From Anthoceros angustus (taxonomy: Eukaryota; Plantae; Anthocerotophyta), in contig VJWM01000240.1 of the NCBI GenBank assembly GCA_010909165.1, positions 1-64,000 on the forward strand: a stretch of 64,000 bases of DNA. Direction: 5' to 3'. Shown here one piece after another: positions 1 to 13,700 of this stretch. The stretch's first letter is position 1. Every line of letters begins with the position of its first letter. Made by a program: the position numbers and the translations under genes. The notes below the pieces were generated by a model. The model saw nothing but the letters and a program-made list of their open reading frames with translations, was not told where the DNA came from and ran no database searches.

Positions 1-39
1 CTACATTAATATGGCCTAGAATCAATGAGTTTAAGGGGA

Positions 40-400
40 ACTTGAAGGGTGAGCAAGAGAGACGGCATGTGGCTTGATGCCCGGAGGACGTATTGAGATA
101 GCTCGGAGGAGCAGCGATGTGTCGATTAAAGACAAGATAGGCTACTTGGTTATCAATGAATATATTAAGCGAGCAAACCCCAGAGTGTGGCTAAAAGAGT
201 AGGTAGGTACAAGATGCATGTTAACCACGCAGAAAGGAGTTACGCCTCAAAATCCATAGTAAGTCTCTAAACCAAAAGACAATTGATGCATATGATCCTG
301 TTGAAATAGAAAGCCGCCTCGATTTTACCATCCATGAGGGAACCATCGGTGCAAATTGCAAGAGTATTAGGAGCTAATGAATCTCCCGAATGTGAGGCAA
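40..400 (-). pseudogene. LINE RNase H domain remnant
   Basis: The reverse strand reads LAICTDGSLMDGKIEAAFY (TDGS at 339-350) and later NIFIDNQ, matching RNase H acidic motifs. Frameshifted. Confidence 0.7.
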
Positions 401-543
401 TGGCTAACTCGGAGATGGTAAAATCACAATGGTTGAGGGCGAGACATGAGGAGCCAAGGGGAACAAGGCGAGGAAAATGGTCTCAATGGCGGTGTGGGCA
501 ACCATATTACTTAGTGAGAGGAGCTTAGGAAAGGAGGGTGGAG

Positions 544-1997
544 TCACTCTAGCTTTGTAATACCGTTTTTGTGGTTAGAGTGCAGAAAGGCTTGGTGGAT
601 TGGGTGGGAAGGAGGGCAAGAGAGGTTGGAGAAGAGCGGAGAGAATGGCGTGAAGACGGATCTCGGTGGCGTAAGGAAAGCTTCCAAGGGCCTTAGTGGA
701 GTGGTTCGGATCGCGCTAGATGTTGCCTTACAAGCTAGACGTTGAACTACATTGAAGATGTTGAATATCACGTCGCCCGCCATTAAACCAAACACCCATG
801 ACCATAATCGAGTTTAGGCAAAGAAAACAACGGTAACATATGAATCACAGGAGGTTAGCTTTGAGTCCCCAAACAGGAGGTACCAAAGAGATAATAGGTG
901 ATAGAATCATATTAAGCCAAGCTGTTGTGCACATGGGTGTTCCAAGTTAACTTAGGTCTAAGTAAAAGCCCAAATTTGACACACTGAGGAGTAATAAAGG
1001 AGCCATCGGGCGAGAAAAGTATACTCCTTAATATTTTCCTTGCGGCAGAGAGAAAAATGAATGAGCTCGAACTTGTTGAGATCAAACTCCACAGGTGCTG
1101 AGGCCCACTCTGAAGCTACATGTAGCATAGCTTGAGCTTTTTGTGGATTTCTTGCACGAAGGCGTGAGGCGCATGCCCAGTGTCATCAATCAACCCAGTA
1201 CCACCGCCCTTAGATTAGTTGAGAGATAGGCCAAGGTGAAGAAAGAAAAAGAAGAGAAATAGCGGCGAACCAGGTAACCCCGCGGAACCGTACTGCAAGA
1301 GTGTCCACAAGCCATCCAAACATAGAAGTTGTCGTTGAGATAAAAAGTGAAAGACCAATGAATCGGTCGCTTGGAAGACCTTTTGCATAAGATAGGAGGA
1401 CACGATGATTAACTAAGTCAAATGCACCTTGATGTCCATAAGGAGAAGGGAAAGAACATGGCGTTGTCCCCAAGCCTGCGAATATCTTGTACCGGAAGAG
1501 TTGTTGCATCACTTGGTACTCCATCGGCCGACCCAATGAATCGGCATTGGAAGACCTTTTCTGCATAAAATAGATAGGAGGACCTGATGATTAACTAAGT
1601 CAAATGCACCCTTGATGTCCATAAGGAGAAGGGAAAGAACATGCCGTTGTCCCCAAGCCCTGCGAATATCTTATACCAGAAGAGTTGTTGCATCACTTGT
1701 ACTCCATCCTGGCCGACCCCCCAAGTGACCGTGGGGAAGAAGGCCAACATGAGTTTCAACCAAGAAAGAAAGTCGTGAGGCCATAAAACCCTCCAAAGCC
1801 TTGCCCAAGCAGTTAAGAAGTGCAATAGGCGATAAGAATGGCGGTGAATAGTTAGCCCTGGAGTTTAACTTACGGAGAATGATGGTAGCAGTGGCGCACG
1901 CTCTACAAGGAATGATAACCCAATATAGAGCACGCACGAAGATAGATAAATAAAAGCCTTTGAGAGATCACCTCTCTTCTCTCTGTCAAGCAAAGAT
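544..1997 (-). pseudogene. LINE reverse transcriptase, 3' part (frameshifted, with a ~177-bp internal tandem duplication at ~1357-1720)
   Basis: ORF 1671..1937 gives PIALLNCLGKALE...GGRPGWST, ORF 1210..1566 gives GAFDLVNH, ORF 1215..1403 gives GLPGSPLF. GLIDD and KFELIHF read near 1050-1200. Confidence 0.85.
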
Positions 1998-4900
1998 TGA
2001 GCTGCCAAGTCAAATGCAGGCTTGCGGTCAGTGAGCCCTGGCGAAGGCCATGGCCATCAAGTGGCCGAACCAGGCTTTCCCCTTAGGAAGGTAATGAGCT
2101 AGTTTCTGCTTTTTTTGTTAGTGTGTGAGTGGAAATAAAGGCGAAAGGAGAAATAAGGTGGAGAGGGAATGAACGCATCAAGAGCATATGTCGGAGTGGC
2201 TCCCAGATCGACGCCGGAGTAGAGGTCGGTGACTCTGATGACTGCATCTCGAGTAGGCAGAGTCGGTCCATATCGGAGTCGAGTCGCGATAAGTTCGCTG
2301 GGAAAAGTAACTTTGGAAGGGGGGGAGCGTGTTTTGGCAAGGGGCCAGTAGATGTGCCGAGAGGAGAGCGGACATGATGACCAAGACCGTAGGGGTTGCC
2401 GATTAGCTATTATGGCTTGCAAAATTACCGCCACCGGGTTCATGCACGCTGCAGGCTAGAGTAAGCGGCGATGGCGGCGGTGGCGGCGTATACAGAGTGC
2501 TGGCGATGTAGGACTACAGCGCCACGGCGTGTAGCGACGCCCGCCGCTTCACCATTACTTCGACGTTGCAGCGCTCGAGGAAGCTGGCCATTCTTATACC
2601 AACTTCGGTTTTTACATGGCCACTGCGCCAGTAATTCTACCGGGCGCTTATCTCTTTCGCGCCCAAAGCGCAATTACGAAATGTACCATCTTCCCAATTG
2701 AGCTGCTTCGTCGGCGTGAGCCCCGCGATAAGAGTATTATGCGCCCATCACGCCACACGCGGTACTCAGCCGGCGCGGCGAATGCTGGGGAGCCTGGCAA
2801 GGAGGAGTCCGGGAACTTCGCTGCCTAGTTGAGAAAAACATCGCTACCTGCGCCACCCGGACTTCGACCTCGGGCCGCAGGAGGCGGAGGTTAGTGCGTG
2901 TAGACTGCACCGGATGCCTGCGGTATGGACGCTGATGCCAGAAGCGCCTGGTCCGGGAGTACGCAAGATGTTGGCTGCTGACCAACAAAGCCGTCAAGGC
3001 CTCAAGAGTCCGAGGGAGAATCCCAAGGAGATGGACCGTGGAGGTCTGCGGGCGGACTACCATCGGCGGTGGAAGAGATTGGGGGCGGGTTCCGGAACTC
3101 TAAGGTAAAAGGGAGGGTGGAAGTGTACCAAGGTGGGCGCTTTTGAGGCCTGTGACCAGCGGCCCTCGAATGGTGGTCGGACCTATTGGACCGACGGTGA
3201 GAGCGGTGATGAAAGTCATCGTGCATTGGAATATGCTCACCAAGGTGGACCACCTTGGTGATAATTTGGTTGTGTTCCCTCACGCCCGCAGTTGGGGAAG
3301 AGAGCTGGATCGAAGGACCATCTTCACCGGATCAAATCCGGGGAGGCTGAATTGCCGGGCAATGAGAAGCCGCCCCGCCGGTGACGTAAACCGGGGTTGC
3401 CGCTTATTGTCCACGTCTGGGATAATTTCAACCACGAAGGAGGAAGAAGAAGAAGCGAAAGTGCCTCGTGGAAAGGGTTGGCCAACCTGCACCGAGGCTC
3501 TGAGCGAGAGGCGCGAGCCCAGAACCGTAAATACGACCACTCAAGCCCAAAGTGACCCTAGGAGGACGACGATCGAAGGCATTCTCGACGCATCACGGCC
3601 GTGGAGCGGACCCCTCAGCCACCTGTGAAGTATGGAAGAAATTTGCTTCCCTCCTTTAGTCCCTCCGCCCGAACACCTTTGCGCCGAGGCAACCACGACA
3701 GGAGGGAGTCGCGGTCGCTGTCATCGCCAGGACAATGAGACCTGGTCACGGCCCCAACTCAATGAGCCCCGCAGGTTAGGAGGGAGGCTAAGAAGAGGAA
3801 GACGCCCCACCACTCTGGCCTAAGGACCGCCTCGGCGGCTCGCCTTTGCCAACGGAGTGGCGGAGGCCGCGAAGCGGTGAGAAGGGGCGTAACGGATGCA
3901 GTCCGTGGGGCTGGAGACAACCGGGCAAAGAACTCCCACCTCCGAGCCCATCCTGATCGCCGACTGTGAGGGGAAAGCTAGCGCCTCCACGGCCCCTTCA
4001 CGCCTGACTCCTGCCAAGCGGCTCGAGGCGGAGAAGGAGCTACTGTGACCAATGCGGGCGTAAGGGGTAGAGTCTCCTCCGGACTAATAGTAGCCGACCC
4101 GGTCCCGATTGGGTCCGGAGTTCGCAATGGGGCCTCCCTCCGACCTGGGTCCGCGATCCTAACGGACCGAGAGATACCCGCACCCCGGACTTCACGATAT
4201 CTCCCCAGCAGCTGGGAAGAGACACAGCTGTTCCTCCATGAGTCATGGACCGGATGCTTTGGGGGCTCATGAGCAGAGAAGACTCAGAAGTGGAGGCTAC
4301 TGTAAATAGGAGCTTGGTGGCCAGCTTGAGGCGGTGAGCTCAAGCGCTGTGGAGAGAGAGAGAACCTCGCTTAGGGGTTGGAGGAGGAGAAGCTGACAGA
4401 CGGCTTGTGCCCAGAGGCTGTGTCATAGCAGGGGCCTTGGAATGGTGCTTGGCTATGAGCAGTGAAATCAAGCACACATGTGGGAGGCAAGCCTTGAAAC
4501 AGGCCGTGGCACCTTTGCTGGGTGAGGGAGAGGAGCCCGGAGGAGGCGGAGGGGGCAAATGCAGTAAAGCGGAGAGGGCCAAGGACTTGGCAGCCTGGGA
4601 TAAGAGCGTAACCAAGCCCTGAGGCTTAGGCATGCTGGAGGTGCGAGGGCCTCTGCCAAGGCATGATAGGGACTGCCTACATCATGGAATGAGCCGGGTG
4701 GAGAAGTAGGCGCAGAGCAACACGACCAAATTGAAGAGCAGAAAGGTAGCTACGAGAACAATCCGAGGAGGAGGAGATGGAGGCCTGCATCAAGAGTTAA
4801 GAGAGACCTCAGCAATCATAGGATCTCACGGAGGGCTGTGGAGTTGGAGGCCAAGGGACATCCAGAGCTACGACGGTGGAGGCCTTCAGTAACGAGAGCG

Positions 4901-7622
4901 GAACTGGGATCGAGAATGTCCGAGGGATGCAGCTAGAGATAGAGCGGCTCCATTTCTGCTGAGGGTGGAGGCAAGCTATCAAGCGGGCAAGGGAGGCAGG
5001 ATATCGCCGAGTTGGAGAAGGACTTGAAGAGAAGCTGTGAGCCGGCGAGACTCCCACCGCCTGGAAAGAGATATGGTGTCCCTCCGGGCAAGGATGGAGG
5101 GGGAGAGAGGGGCCAAGGGAAGAGCAAAAGGATTGGCCGGGTCCGGTTGCTATGGAAGGCAGGCGAACGCCCGGTCCATGGCCAAGAAAGTTGGCACGTA
5201 CGCAGAGGCAATGGAGGAGGCGCCGAGGCCAGTGACGGATGGCATCTCGGGAAGTGGCGGAGGCGGCATTGGGAGCCTCGAGAAACTCAGCCAGACTGGC
5301 CTGGGGATTCAAGACAGAATAACTGTGAAGGGCAACCTTATTGACGCCTAGCTGCTGCCGAGGTCCTCCTCGGAAAGTATTCAAGTATCAGTGCTTTCAA
5401 GGCCAATGTGGAGGAGGCCATCCGGTAATTAGCAGTCGACTCCGACCAGACATTATCATGTGGAGCTCCCTTGGCGATGGAGGTAGTGCCCCACACACGG
5501 CAAATTGAAGGAGCCACCCGTAAGATCTGGGATGGAGAGATTTAGGCTCCCGGGGATAGTGCCACAGGGAACCCCGGGGGCGCCTGCTTAGACAAAAGCA
5601 AGAAGGAAGGAGAGTGCTCTGGACAAGAGAGGGATTTATGGCGCATGGACACCACACGACAAGAGGTAAGTCCATTCAGACAATTCCACAAGGGAGGAAG
5701 GAGAGAGGGGCTCGAGCCGGGCCAAGGGGAGAAGAAGACCAAGGGGAGATGGGGATCGTGAAGGGGGTCCGAGGGTAGAATCCGGACCTCTTGGAGAAGA
5801 ACTACGGGTGAGGATGCCCGAGAATCAGCAAAGGCCGGACCTACGAGGTCCGGACCCGGAAAGGCGCAGGACCGGACTCCGAGGTCCGGACTCGGGCAGG
5901 CCGGACCCCACACCCTGCGGCCCAGGACTCGAGGCGCAGACTGACCGGCGGTCCGGACTCGGAGGCCGAGACTGACCCGAGGTCCGGACTGGTAGCGTAG
6001 ACTGACCTCGTGAGGTCCGGACTCGAGGCGCAGGACCGGACCCCGAGGTCTTACTCCGGAGGCGCAGAGCTGACCACTGAGGTCCGGACTTTGAGGGCCG
6101 AGACCGCTGACCTCGAGGTCCCAGGACTCGAGGCCAGGACCGGACCGAGGTCCGGACCGAGGCGCAGAGGCCGAGACCACGAGGTCCGGACTCCGAGGCG
6201 GACTGACCGGACCACGGGGTCCCAGGACTCGGAGGCAGACAGGACCGACCCCGAGGTCCTGACTCGAGGCGAGACCGGACTGAGGTCCGGGACTGGAGGC
6301 CGAGACCAGGACCCTGAGGTCCGGACTCCGGAGGCTAGGATCCTGACTCGAGGTCCGGACCCCGAGGCGAGACTGGACCACGAGGCCTTGACTCGAGGCA
6401 GACGGACCTGGACTCGAACCGGACTCCCGAGTATGTGACTGCAGTCCCGAAGTCAGGAACCCGTGAGGCGGGGGGTGAGTGGGGATCAATCTCAACCCAC
6501 CTCGGCAAAATGGGTTCGAGGGACCCGCAGTGGGACCCACCAGCCGCACCAAGGGACTGCCCGAGGAGGAGGACTGGTGGTCATCAAGGTTGTCGCCGCC
6601 ACGATGCGCCTTGACTGATAGAGTCTCGGGCGGAGGGAGGCCCCGCGCCAGCGGATCATCCGCCCGGTTGGGTGCGCCGGCACTGCAATTGCAGTCAGAT
6701 TGGACGCCAGCGCCCGGAAGGAAGGGTCTGGGCGATGTACCCGGCCTGCCCGAAGGCAGTAGATAGGAAAGTTAGGGGGATAGGGGTTGTGTGCTGGGGC
6801 ATGATGTGAGGCTTTGAAGACATCATTTCGAATAGGAGTGTAATCAAAGGCGCCCCTAGGGCGTGAGATATGGGCGGGGCAGACGATCCCGATCCAAAGA
6901 AATCATCTTCCTTTTGGGGTTGATACTGCTATCATTGCGTGCACTTTGTGTCCTTCGCTAACGCGAGTCCCGAGTCACCGAGCGGGCAAGACTACTCCGG
7001 AGAGACTGATCCAGGTCCTTGTGATGGACCCTAACGTGTGGTGGTGTGTGTAAAGCGCTGATGACCGGGGACCCTTGCTCCCTCCGGCATGGGGGGGATC
7101 GCCTATGGACCTGAGCGCGGTGAGACTAGCAACCCCGAGAGGGCGCGGCAGAGTCTTGGACGGAGAGGCCCGTTGAACGAGCACGAGGTTCGTGGCCACG
7201 CAGGCCACCCACGATTTCCAACTGGTGATATGTGTAGTGAGTGTGGTAGGAAGCGGACTAGTAAAGACGGGGATTTGACCGTAGGAAACCACTTAACGAG
7301 TCCTCAAACGCTTACGCCGCTTGTCCGGTGGATGCTTAGGAGTAATTAGGAAGTGAAACGATCGCGTTGGAGGTCTCTTGCCTGAGATCCCTTCCCGACG
7401 ACGGAGGATCGGACAAGACGTGCAAAACGAACAAACCATTCCTTGGAAACGGACCTCATCGCAACGATGACGGATTAGTGAGCGCCCGCGGCCGAAAGTC
7501 GCGCCACACTGCCGGGCTGGATTCCCTTCTCAAGATGCTTCTTCCTCATGTCGCCAACATCCGCATCCACCACGCCTGTGGATGCGGTGATACTCGGCCC
7601 CCGCCTCCTCGAGAAACCCGCA
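1998..7622 (+). mobile_element. 5.6-kb TG...CA-bounded insertion in the LINE RT, carrying a degraded W-rich and coiled-coil ORF; no LTR pair visible
   Basis: Starts TGAGC (1998) and ends CCCGCA (7622), flanked by AAGAT and AAGAA. Removing it restores an in-frame RT (KAAGRTPILCLTERREVISQRLLFIYLRAC). ORF 3143..3628 (ARSWGRELDRRTIF) resembles the GKLVDWASILYE domain of the 17267-23818 element. Coiled-coil-like reading at ~4300-5350. Confidence 0.8.
5820..6430. repeat. Degenerate short tandem array (GAGGTCCGGACT / GGACC core)
   Basis: Many copies of gaggtccggact and gaggccgagac variants are visible. Confidence 0.85.
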
Positions 7623-8985
7623 AAGAATAGGTGTCCTGCCTGCTGCCTTCCACGCCTTAGCACCAAAGATAGCCTTATGCACCTCGTGCAAAGTAGGGAT
7701 CGGCCACTCGAATTGAGAGTTTGCTGAAGGTGGTAGGGGAGGGGTACCGGATGAAGAGGGAAACAAAGCAGATCGGAGGACTGCACATTTGTCAGCATGA
7801 GAGTGAACAAGTGACCCATCCCCAGAAAGTAAAGGGGGGTGAAAGAAGGGGAAGCAAGTTTAGTAGAACGATAAATCCTCCAAATATCTGAGTCGCTAGC
7901 CTCTGCAAGAAATGTCTTCCAATGGTCCTACTTAGCCATTTTAACCATGCAAAAGTACTCATTCCTGGCTGTCCGAAAAATCGCAATATTCGATGACTTG
8001 TTAGTGGTGCGCATAATCCGGCATGCCCGAGCTAGTCCCTTACGCAAAGAGGATAGGGTAGGAGACCACCAAGGTTTAGCAGGTGAGGGCTATTAACCGG
8101 GGTAGAGACGGTGCCCTTTGAGAGAGAGGGTGACACATGCAACTAGGTGATCAATCGAGAGGGGTCCTGAGGAGACCAAACCACCAAGTTAGTGGAAATT
8201 TCAGCCAAAGTGGGGGAAAATTTGACCCCGTCAATAGCTCTAACGTCAAGGCGGGGTGGAGACGGAGGGGGGAGAGGTTGTGAGGAGGGAGGAATAGTGA
8301 GGATTAAACCAATAACTTGGTGGTCAGACCCTGCCTCAAGATCAGGAAGAATGTCACAAAAGTCTACCAAGTGACGAACATCATCAAAAGAAAGAGTTAG
8401 ATCCAAAGTGAAAGGGTTATTGGAGGAAGACACATAAGTAGGGCAATCTGGCGGAGTTAGGAGGAAGAGAGGAGTGGTGTTAATGAAGAGGACAAACTCA
8501 TCAGCCACTGAGGAAATAACTTCATTAGATGAAGAAGATTCCCACAACGGATGATGGAGATTGAAATCCCCGAGAGTAAAACAATGGTGGGAGAGGAAGG
8601 AGGCATGGGGTGTGAGAATGCGAATGGTACTATCAGAGTCAGGGGGATTGTAGAGATTAACAATGTGAACGACCTGACCTAGGAAGAGACCTGGACACAT
8701 TGGATATCAGGGTGATTAAAATGGTCCTGCGGGGAGAAATACTACTAGAACAAAGACTTTTATTAACATAAGTGAAGACCCTAGGGCGAGTGGGGAGACT
8801 GGGAGAGGGGAGGATGGGAGTCCATTGCAGGTGCGAAATCGCAGTGGAAGGGTTGATGACATATGGTTCTTGTAAGAAAAGAATGTCAAATGAAGAGAAT
8901 AACATATTGCGAATAGTGGAGATGACGATACTGGATCGGTGGCAATTGAGTTGGATGATCTTGAGAGAGTTCATGAGGGGACTGG
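7623..8985 (-). pseudogene. LINE ORF2 N-terminal part: APE endonuclease, linker and start of RT
   Basis: ORFs 8657..9052, 8143..8700 and 7530..7766 give LKIIQLNCHRS, LFLQEPY, IVNLYNPP, GDFNLHHPLW, GSDHQVI and EVHKAIFGAKAWKAAG. Confidence 0.85.
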
Positions 8986-8989
8986 GCGA

Positions 8990-10170
8990 GAAAAACCTTG
9001 GAGTTGGTTGCAAGCCGAGTGGGGCATGAAGGGTCAGAGGCCCGATGAGCACCTTGACAGTTGCAACATAGTGGGGTCATCACCCTACGATTGAAAACCA
9101 AAATGAGGCCCAGCTCAAACACCGCACTCCGACAAAAGGTCTGAGTGTGACCAAAGCGTTGACATCTGAAGCATTGAGTAGGGCGTGCATTGGGGACAAA
9201 TGGAGTCACCCGCAACATGCGACCTTGTAAAGCAAGCCCGTGACGAAGGATCGCCGAAGCGGAACTTCGTCGGGGAGGGATACCAGAACGGTCGTGGGTG
9301 ATATTTGGAAGAAAAGGACACTGAGGTCTAAAGCAGCAAAGTGGGCTCTTGCCACAAGTGGACTTTCACTCCCTTCCAACCTGATTCCTTGCCTTGGTTC
9401 CTTGATGGCAGTGGGGTCGGATCGATTTCCCTTCTTTGTGCTTAGGATGCCTCTACCGGTTCTTGAACGGGCCCACTAGAAGCGCGGACATCGCTGATCG
9501 TGCCGGGTTACGATATCACAGACTTCTTGAGCCAAGCGGTGTGATGCTTTGTCAAGTAATACTCTCTTGAATTGGCAGCCGCTGGGATTTTGTACCACCT
9601 GATGAGGCTGCGGATCCGCCGGCCTGTAGCTCTTGTGCATCCGATTCACACATTCTTTTGTCAATGATCTGTGGCTAGATGAATGACGCTTGGTGAAGAG
9701 ATCCTTGAGGAGCCACCGAGGTTCATCTTCAAAGGAAATATCGTTGTCTACAAGTAAATCTGCCTTGAATTCTTCCAATGCTAAAGTCACAGGGACATCA
9801 TGGACCAAGATCTGATGGCAGATGTGCGGAGTTGAAAACGCTGAGAAAGATGGAAAAGCCATTGGACCCCAGTCCGAAGCTGATTCGATGACTTTGGCAC
9901 GCACAGCCCCAGACTCAACAATAACACCAAGAGACGTGCGGAATTTTTACGCAGCTTGAATCGTAACTGGACCGACCCCAGCCGCAATGAGAGCCCCGTT
10001 AATGTTGGTCTTCAATTCTGCATGAGTCAGATCCTGGGGATAGTCTCCATCTGTGAACCTGCCAAATAGAAGTTCCTCGAGGCGGTCTTGATGGAGGAGT
10101 GCTACCGCCGCTAGAATGGACGGCTGTGGCATAAGATAAAGGATGAGCTACCTTGACCTCAGACTTCACT
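8990..10170 (-). pseudogene. LINE ORF1 (gag-like, CCHC zinc knuckles), fragmented
   Basis: ORF 8886..9218 gives RPTQCFRCQRFGHTQTFC...CCNCQGAHRASDPSCP. Upstream fragments 9476..9904 and 9947..10132 are collinear. Confidence 0.8.
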
Positions 10171-10399
10171 TCGTTGGAAGCAGAACGAATAACCTATTTC
10201 AAGTCTTCATTGCGTGTGAGTACTTGTCGTTGGATTGCTTCCAAAAGAAGCAATCCAACACCAAGTACTACCGTAATACTAAGTAAATACCATTTCAAAT
10301 CACTTTAAGCAACTTTCCTTACTTCACTATGCTGGCCGCTTCTGATTGTTTGACCAAAAACGAGCACGAAACAAAAAAGCGTCGTGCAGAGCATGGGAA

Positions 10400-10530
10400 A
10401 GAGGATGACACAAAACCTTAGGCTCGATGGCGACCAGTCCCAGCTCAGCTCGCTGACCTCTGATCCTTTCCCGATGATGACACAAAACCTTAGGCTCGTA
10501 GGCGACCAGGCCCAGCTCAGCTCGCTGATC
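10400..10530. repeat. Two ~55-bp direct repeats in the LINE 5' UTR
   Basis: gatgacacaaaaccttaggctcg...ggcgaccag.cccagctcagctcgctga occurs at ~10405 and ~10475. Confidence 0.8.
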
Positions 10531-10779
10531 CCTGATCCCGCCTAAATTCTGAATAGGAGCCCTAACTAGACATCTTCCCTCTTTCCCACCCTTAACCCCG
10601 GAGAGAGTTCCTGTTGGGAACTGGGGAAAGCCAAGAGCTTGTGGTACCGAGCCTAACGTCATGCCCCACCGTTCCATTCACATATCATTATCTGATGGAT
10701 ACCTCGTGTTCTCGCAAGTTAGCTCTAAATGCTCTGCTCATACTACTGTAGACTGACACTCTTCCGTCTTTCGATGCAC

Positions 10780-13700
10780 TCGCGAAAATGCCCTCTGACC
10801 AGTCTGCCGCCACTGAAGTTATGCGAGAACCTGTGAATCAATGACACATTGTCAGTGTCTGGGGTGGAAGAGGAAGGAGCAGAAGGAAGACCCTAAAAAA
10901 CTAAGCCACACCTTTGAGCTCTAGGAACTGTAAGAGTTTTCGTCCACTCAGGACATCAACAGCATAGGCTTCACCATCATCTGTTCCAATGATCGCGCAA
11001 GGACCTGATGTGCTTGCTGCAGAAGCTCTACAAGCACAGGATTCGCAAGGTGCATGTTTCTCCCATAAAGAGAACACAAGCTCGCGCTTCAAGAGTGACA
11101 AGATGTTGTGAGGGCACAAAAGGGTGTAGCCACATACCTGTCATCCAATGGCAGGCCCAGGAAGACTTCATCTCCCTTGGCTGCCGCATAGCGGTAGCTT
11201 AGCCTCTTTAGTTCACTGTTTTGAAATCGTGGGCTGTGATCTCCATTATCGATTTGTGAGCTAGTGCAGACCAGAAAGCAGAAATCGGCGTTGAGGGCTG
11301 GCCAGCGCTTTGCACTGTCTTCGTTGGCAGATGGAGACGGTACGAAGTCAAGTAAGTGAGCCCTCAAAAGAATGAAGTCTGGTTGAGGGCTGCCAAACGA
11401 TTTCAGAAGGACCCGTTCTCGATAATCCCTGCAAAGTGCGACCAGTATGCGAGGGTCAAGTTTCATCGTCGGTAGGTGGTGGCTGGCATGAAGACATGCA
11501 AGAGGATTGAAACCCACCACATAGCAAACGTCCCCCCAGAAGTACATCCTACAATATGATGCACAGACCCAGGCACGACAAGGAGCTCGGTAACAGTTGA
11601 TGTGCCTGATCCTTTGCTTGGCAGCTCAAATGCCTCCTGGCAGAATCTGAAGGTTTCGCAGAAGTGCGCAATTAGCAGCAGACACGTGTCACAACGAAGA
11701 CGTAAACTTCCTACAATTCTCGTCTTGATCATCATGGTAGAGGACATCCAAGAGCTACAAGTTCCTAGCATTATGTCGAGGATACGTTGAAAAAGGTAGG
11801 CAGATCAGGGGTACTCACTTCCAGGTAGGGTCCATAATCCAGCAGTTGACGTGGCCATAAGTTCCAGCAGCAATGACGACCAGAGGCTCTGGTGCTATCA
11901 TGCAGCGCATTGCAGTGGAGCACCTCAGCATTGCTTGAAGCCAAACTTCTTTATTGTTGAAGGCCACAATCTGCAGTCCATGGCCGTACGTAGCACAGTG
12001 CCTGTCATCCAGCCCAGTCAAGATCGAAGGTGCTTATTAGAAAGGCGTGGTCCGGAACTAAACTCGGCCACACAAGTCGACCCCAAAAGCCACACCACTG
12101 TCATTCGAACACAATATTGCCTCGTATTGGGTAGGCTGAAGTAGTCGAGCATCAAGATCCCCTTGCCATCTGGCGTAAAAAGCAGACCTTGTTCCTGAGC
12201 AGTAGGTCGGAAGGGATAAGCCCGTAAGACAGAAAATCTCTCAAGTCCAGGAACAACAACTGTTCAACATCAATACAGGTCACTCACCTCCTCTACAACA
12301 CTGCTCTGCTTGATACCAAGAGTGAAAGACGTAACAAGGTCAAACTCTATGTCCCCAGATGCCGAATCCTCACTTCTGAAAATGAAAAGTCTGCGGCTTC
12401 CTTCTTCAGCATTAGCGCAACACACACACAGTTGGATGGTATCCTGACCAACACGAAGGGTCATGAACACCACAGGTGCTGGACACACGAAATGCCCAAT
12501 GCATTGAGGTGCAGTTGATCGAACCAAAACCTTCGAAGCAGGAAGTGGAGAAACACAAACACTTTCCAGCTCCTGTGGAACATACGGCTCCTGCTCATGT
12601 GGCTTCTCAGATCCCTGATTTGAGTGTCTGTCCTTACCAACGCATCCAGCAACAACTTCTAGCAGCTCCTGTGAGCTGTAGAGATCCTCAGGGTTAAGAT
12701 CTGTCGTCCACCATTCAACAGTCTGTACTTGAGAATCATCTCCGGTGTGCATACTTGTGCTCTGAGCTCTTAAACCTTCGGCTTTTCTGCTAATACAGTC
12801 ATCCATAGAGATTTCTCCCATACCCCGTAAGTAACTGGAGAATTGCAAATTTCCATTATTGCACGCTGGCTGACCTTGCTCTCTGCCAGGTTCGTCAGTC
12901 TGCTTCAAAGGAAGCGCCTCCATCTCTGATTGCAATGATCCAGTGGTTGAAAATGCAGGATGAAGTCCCTTCGCAACAGCAAAAGCTTGCTGGTCATGCT
13001 GTTGTCCTAATTGGCCACTGTTGTCTTTCGGCAGATCCTTCTGACGACTGGTGGGTACTAATGTAGGAGTTCGCATCTCTGCAGAATCAACTTTGTCCAC
13101 CCCAACCACATTTCCATACAGAGTGCTCCTGTTGATGCAGTTTCCGTTGAGTACTGGACAGGGACTGCTACTCAGATGCTGCAGGCTAGCAATTGCAGAA
13201 GGATAATTTTGAGGTGGACCATATATTGGAGATCCCTCAATCTTGTCCAATAGTCCACACGCGCTGCTTTCCTCGTTCCTTGCTGGACCCACATCGCCTT
13301 GCGTGCTTGCGCGGTGAAAATTTGATGCATTACTGATGGAGACTGTCTCTAGATTCACTGGTCTATTCCTCCGTAGTGGTAATGTTGGTAGAAAAATTGC
13401 CATCATGTCATGTGCTGCCTGCTGCCCGGCTGACATCTCAAACTGGCTACGGCTCTCGATCAGATCCCCCAAATGTTCACCACCCGCATCTGGTTCGGGA
13501 TCAGTGTCCATGTCAAGGTCAAGGTCAACATCAACATCAGAAGGCAAAGTAGTAGCCACACCAAGGTGGTTCGTTCTGCACGGGGCCACATCAAACTTGA
13601 ACCTTTTAGCGAGAACAGGCCTACTCCTACTTCTGATGAAGACATTCCCCTGTGAAGAACGATACTCGAGATTCGAGCCGTCTATACAACAATCTGCTCC

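Larger units (their letters stand above)
1..10680 (-). mobile_element. Non-LTR retrotransposon (LINE), Tad/I-group-like: gag ORF1, APE endonuclease, RT, RNase H. Degraded, interrupted at 1998-7622, 3' end outside the window
   Basis: Domains occur in the correct order on the minus strand: CCHC knuckles (QCFRCQRFGH, CCNCQGAHRASDPSCP), EN motifs (LKIIQLNCHRS, LFLQEPY, GDFNLHHPLW), RT motifs (KAAG, PIALLNCLGKALE, GLPGSPLF, GLIDD, FDLNKFELIHF), post-RT AIRTTPLRPLE, RNase H TDGS. Confidence 0.9.

Noticed and set aside
5542-6552. 336-aa minus-strand ORF and 142-aa plus-strand ORF
   Set aside because: They are open only because of the GC-rich GAGGTCCGGACT tandem array and have no domain-like content.
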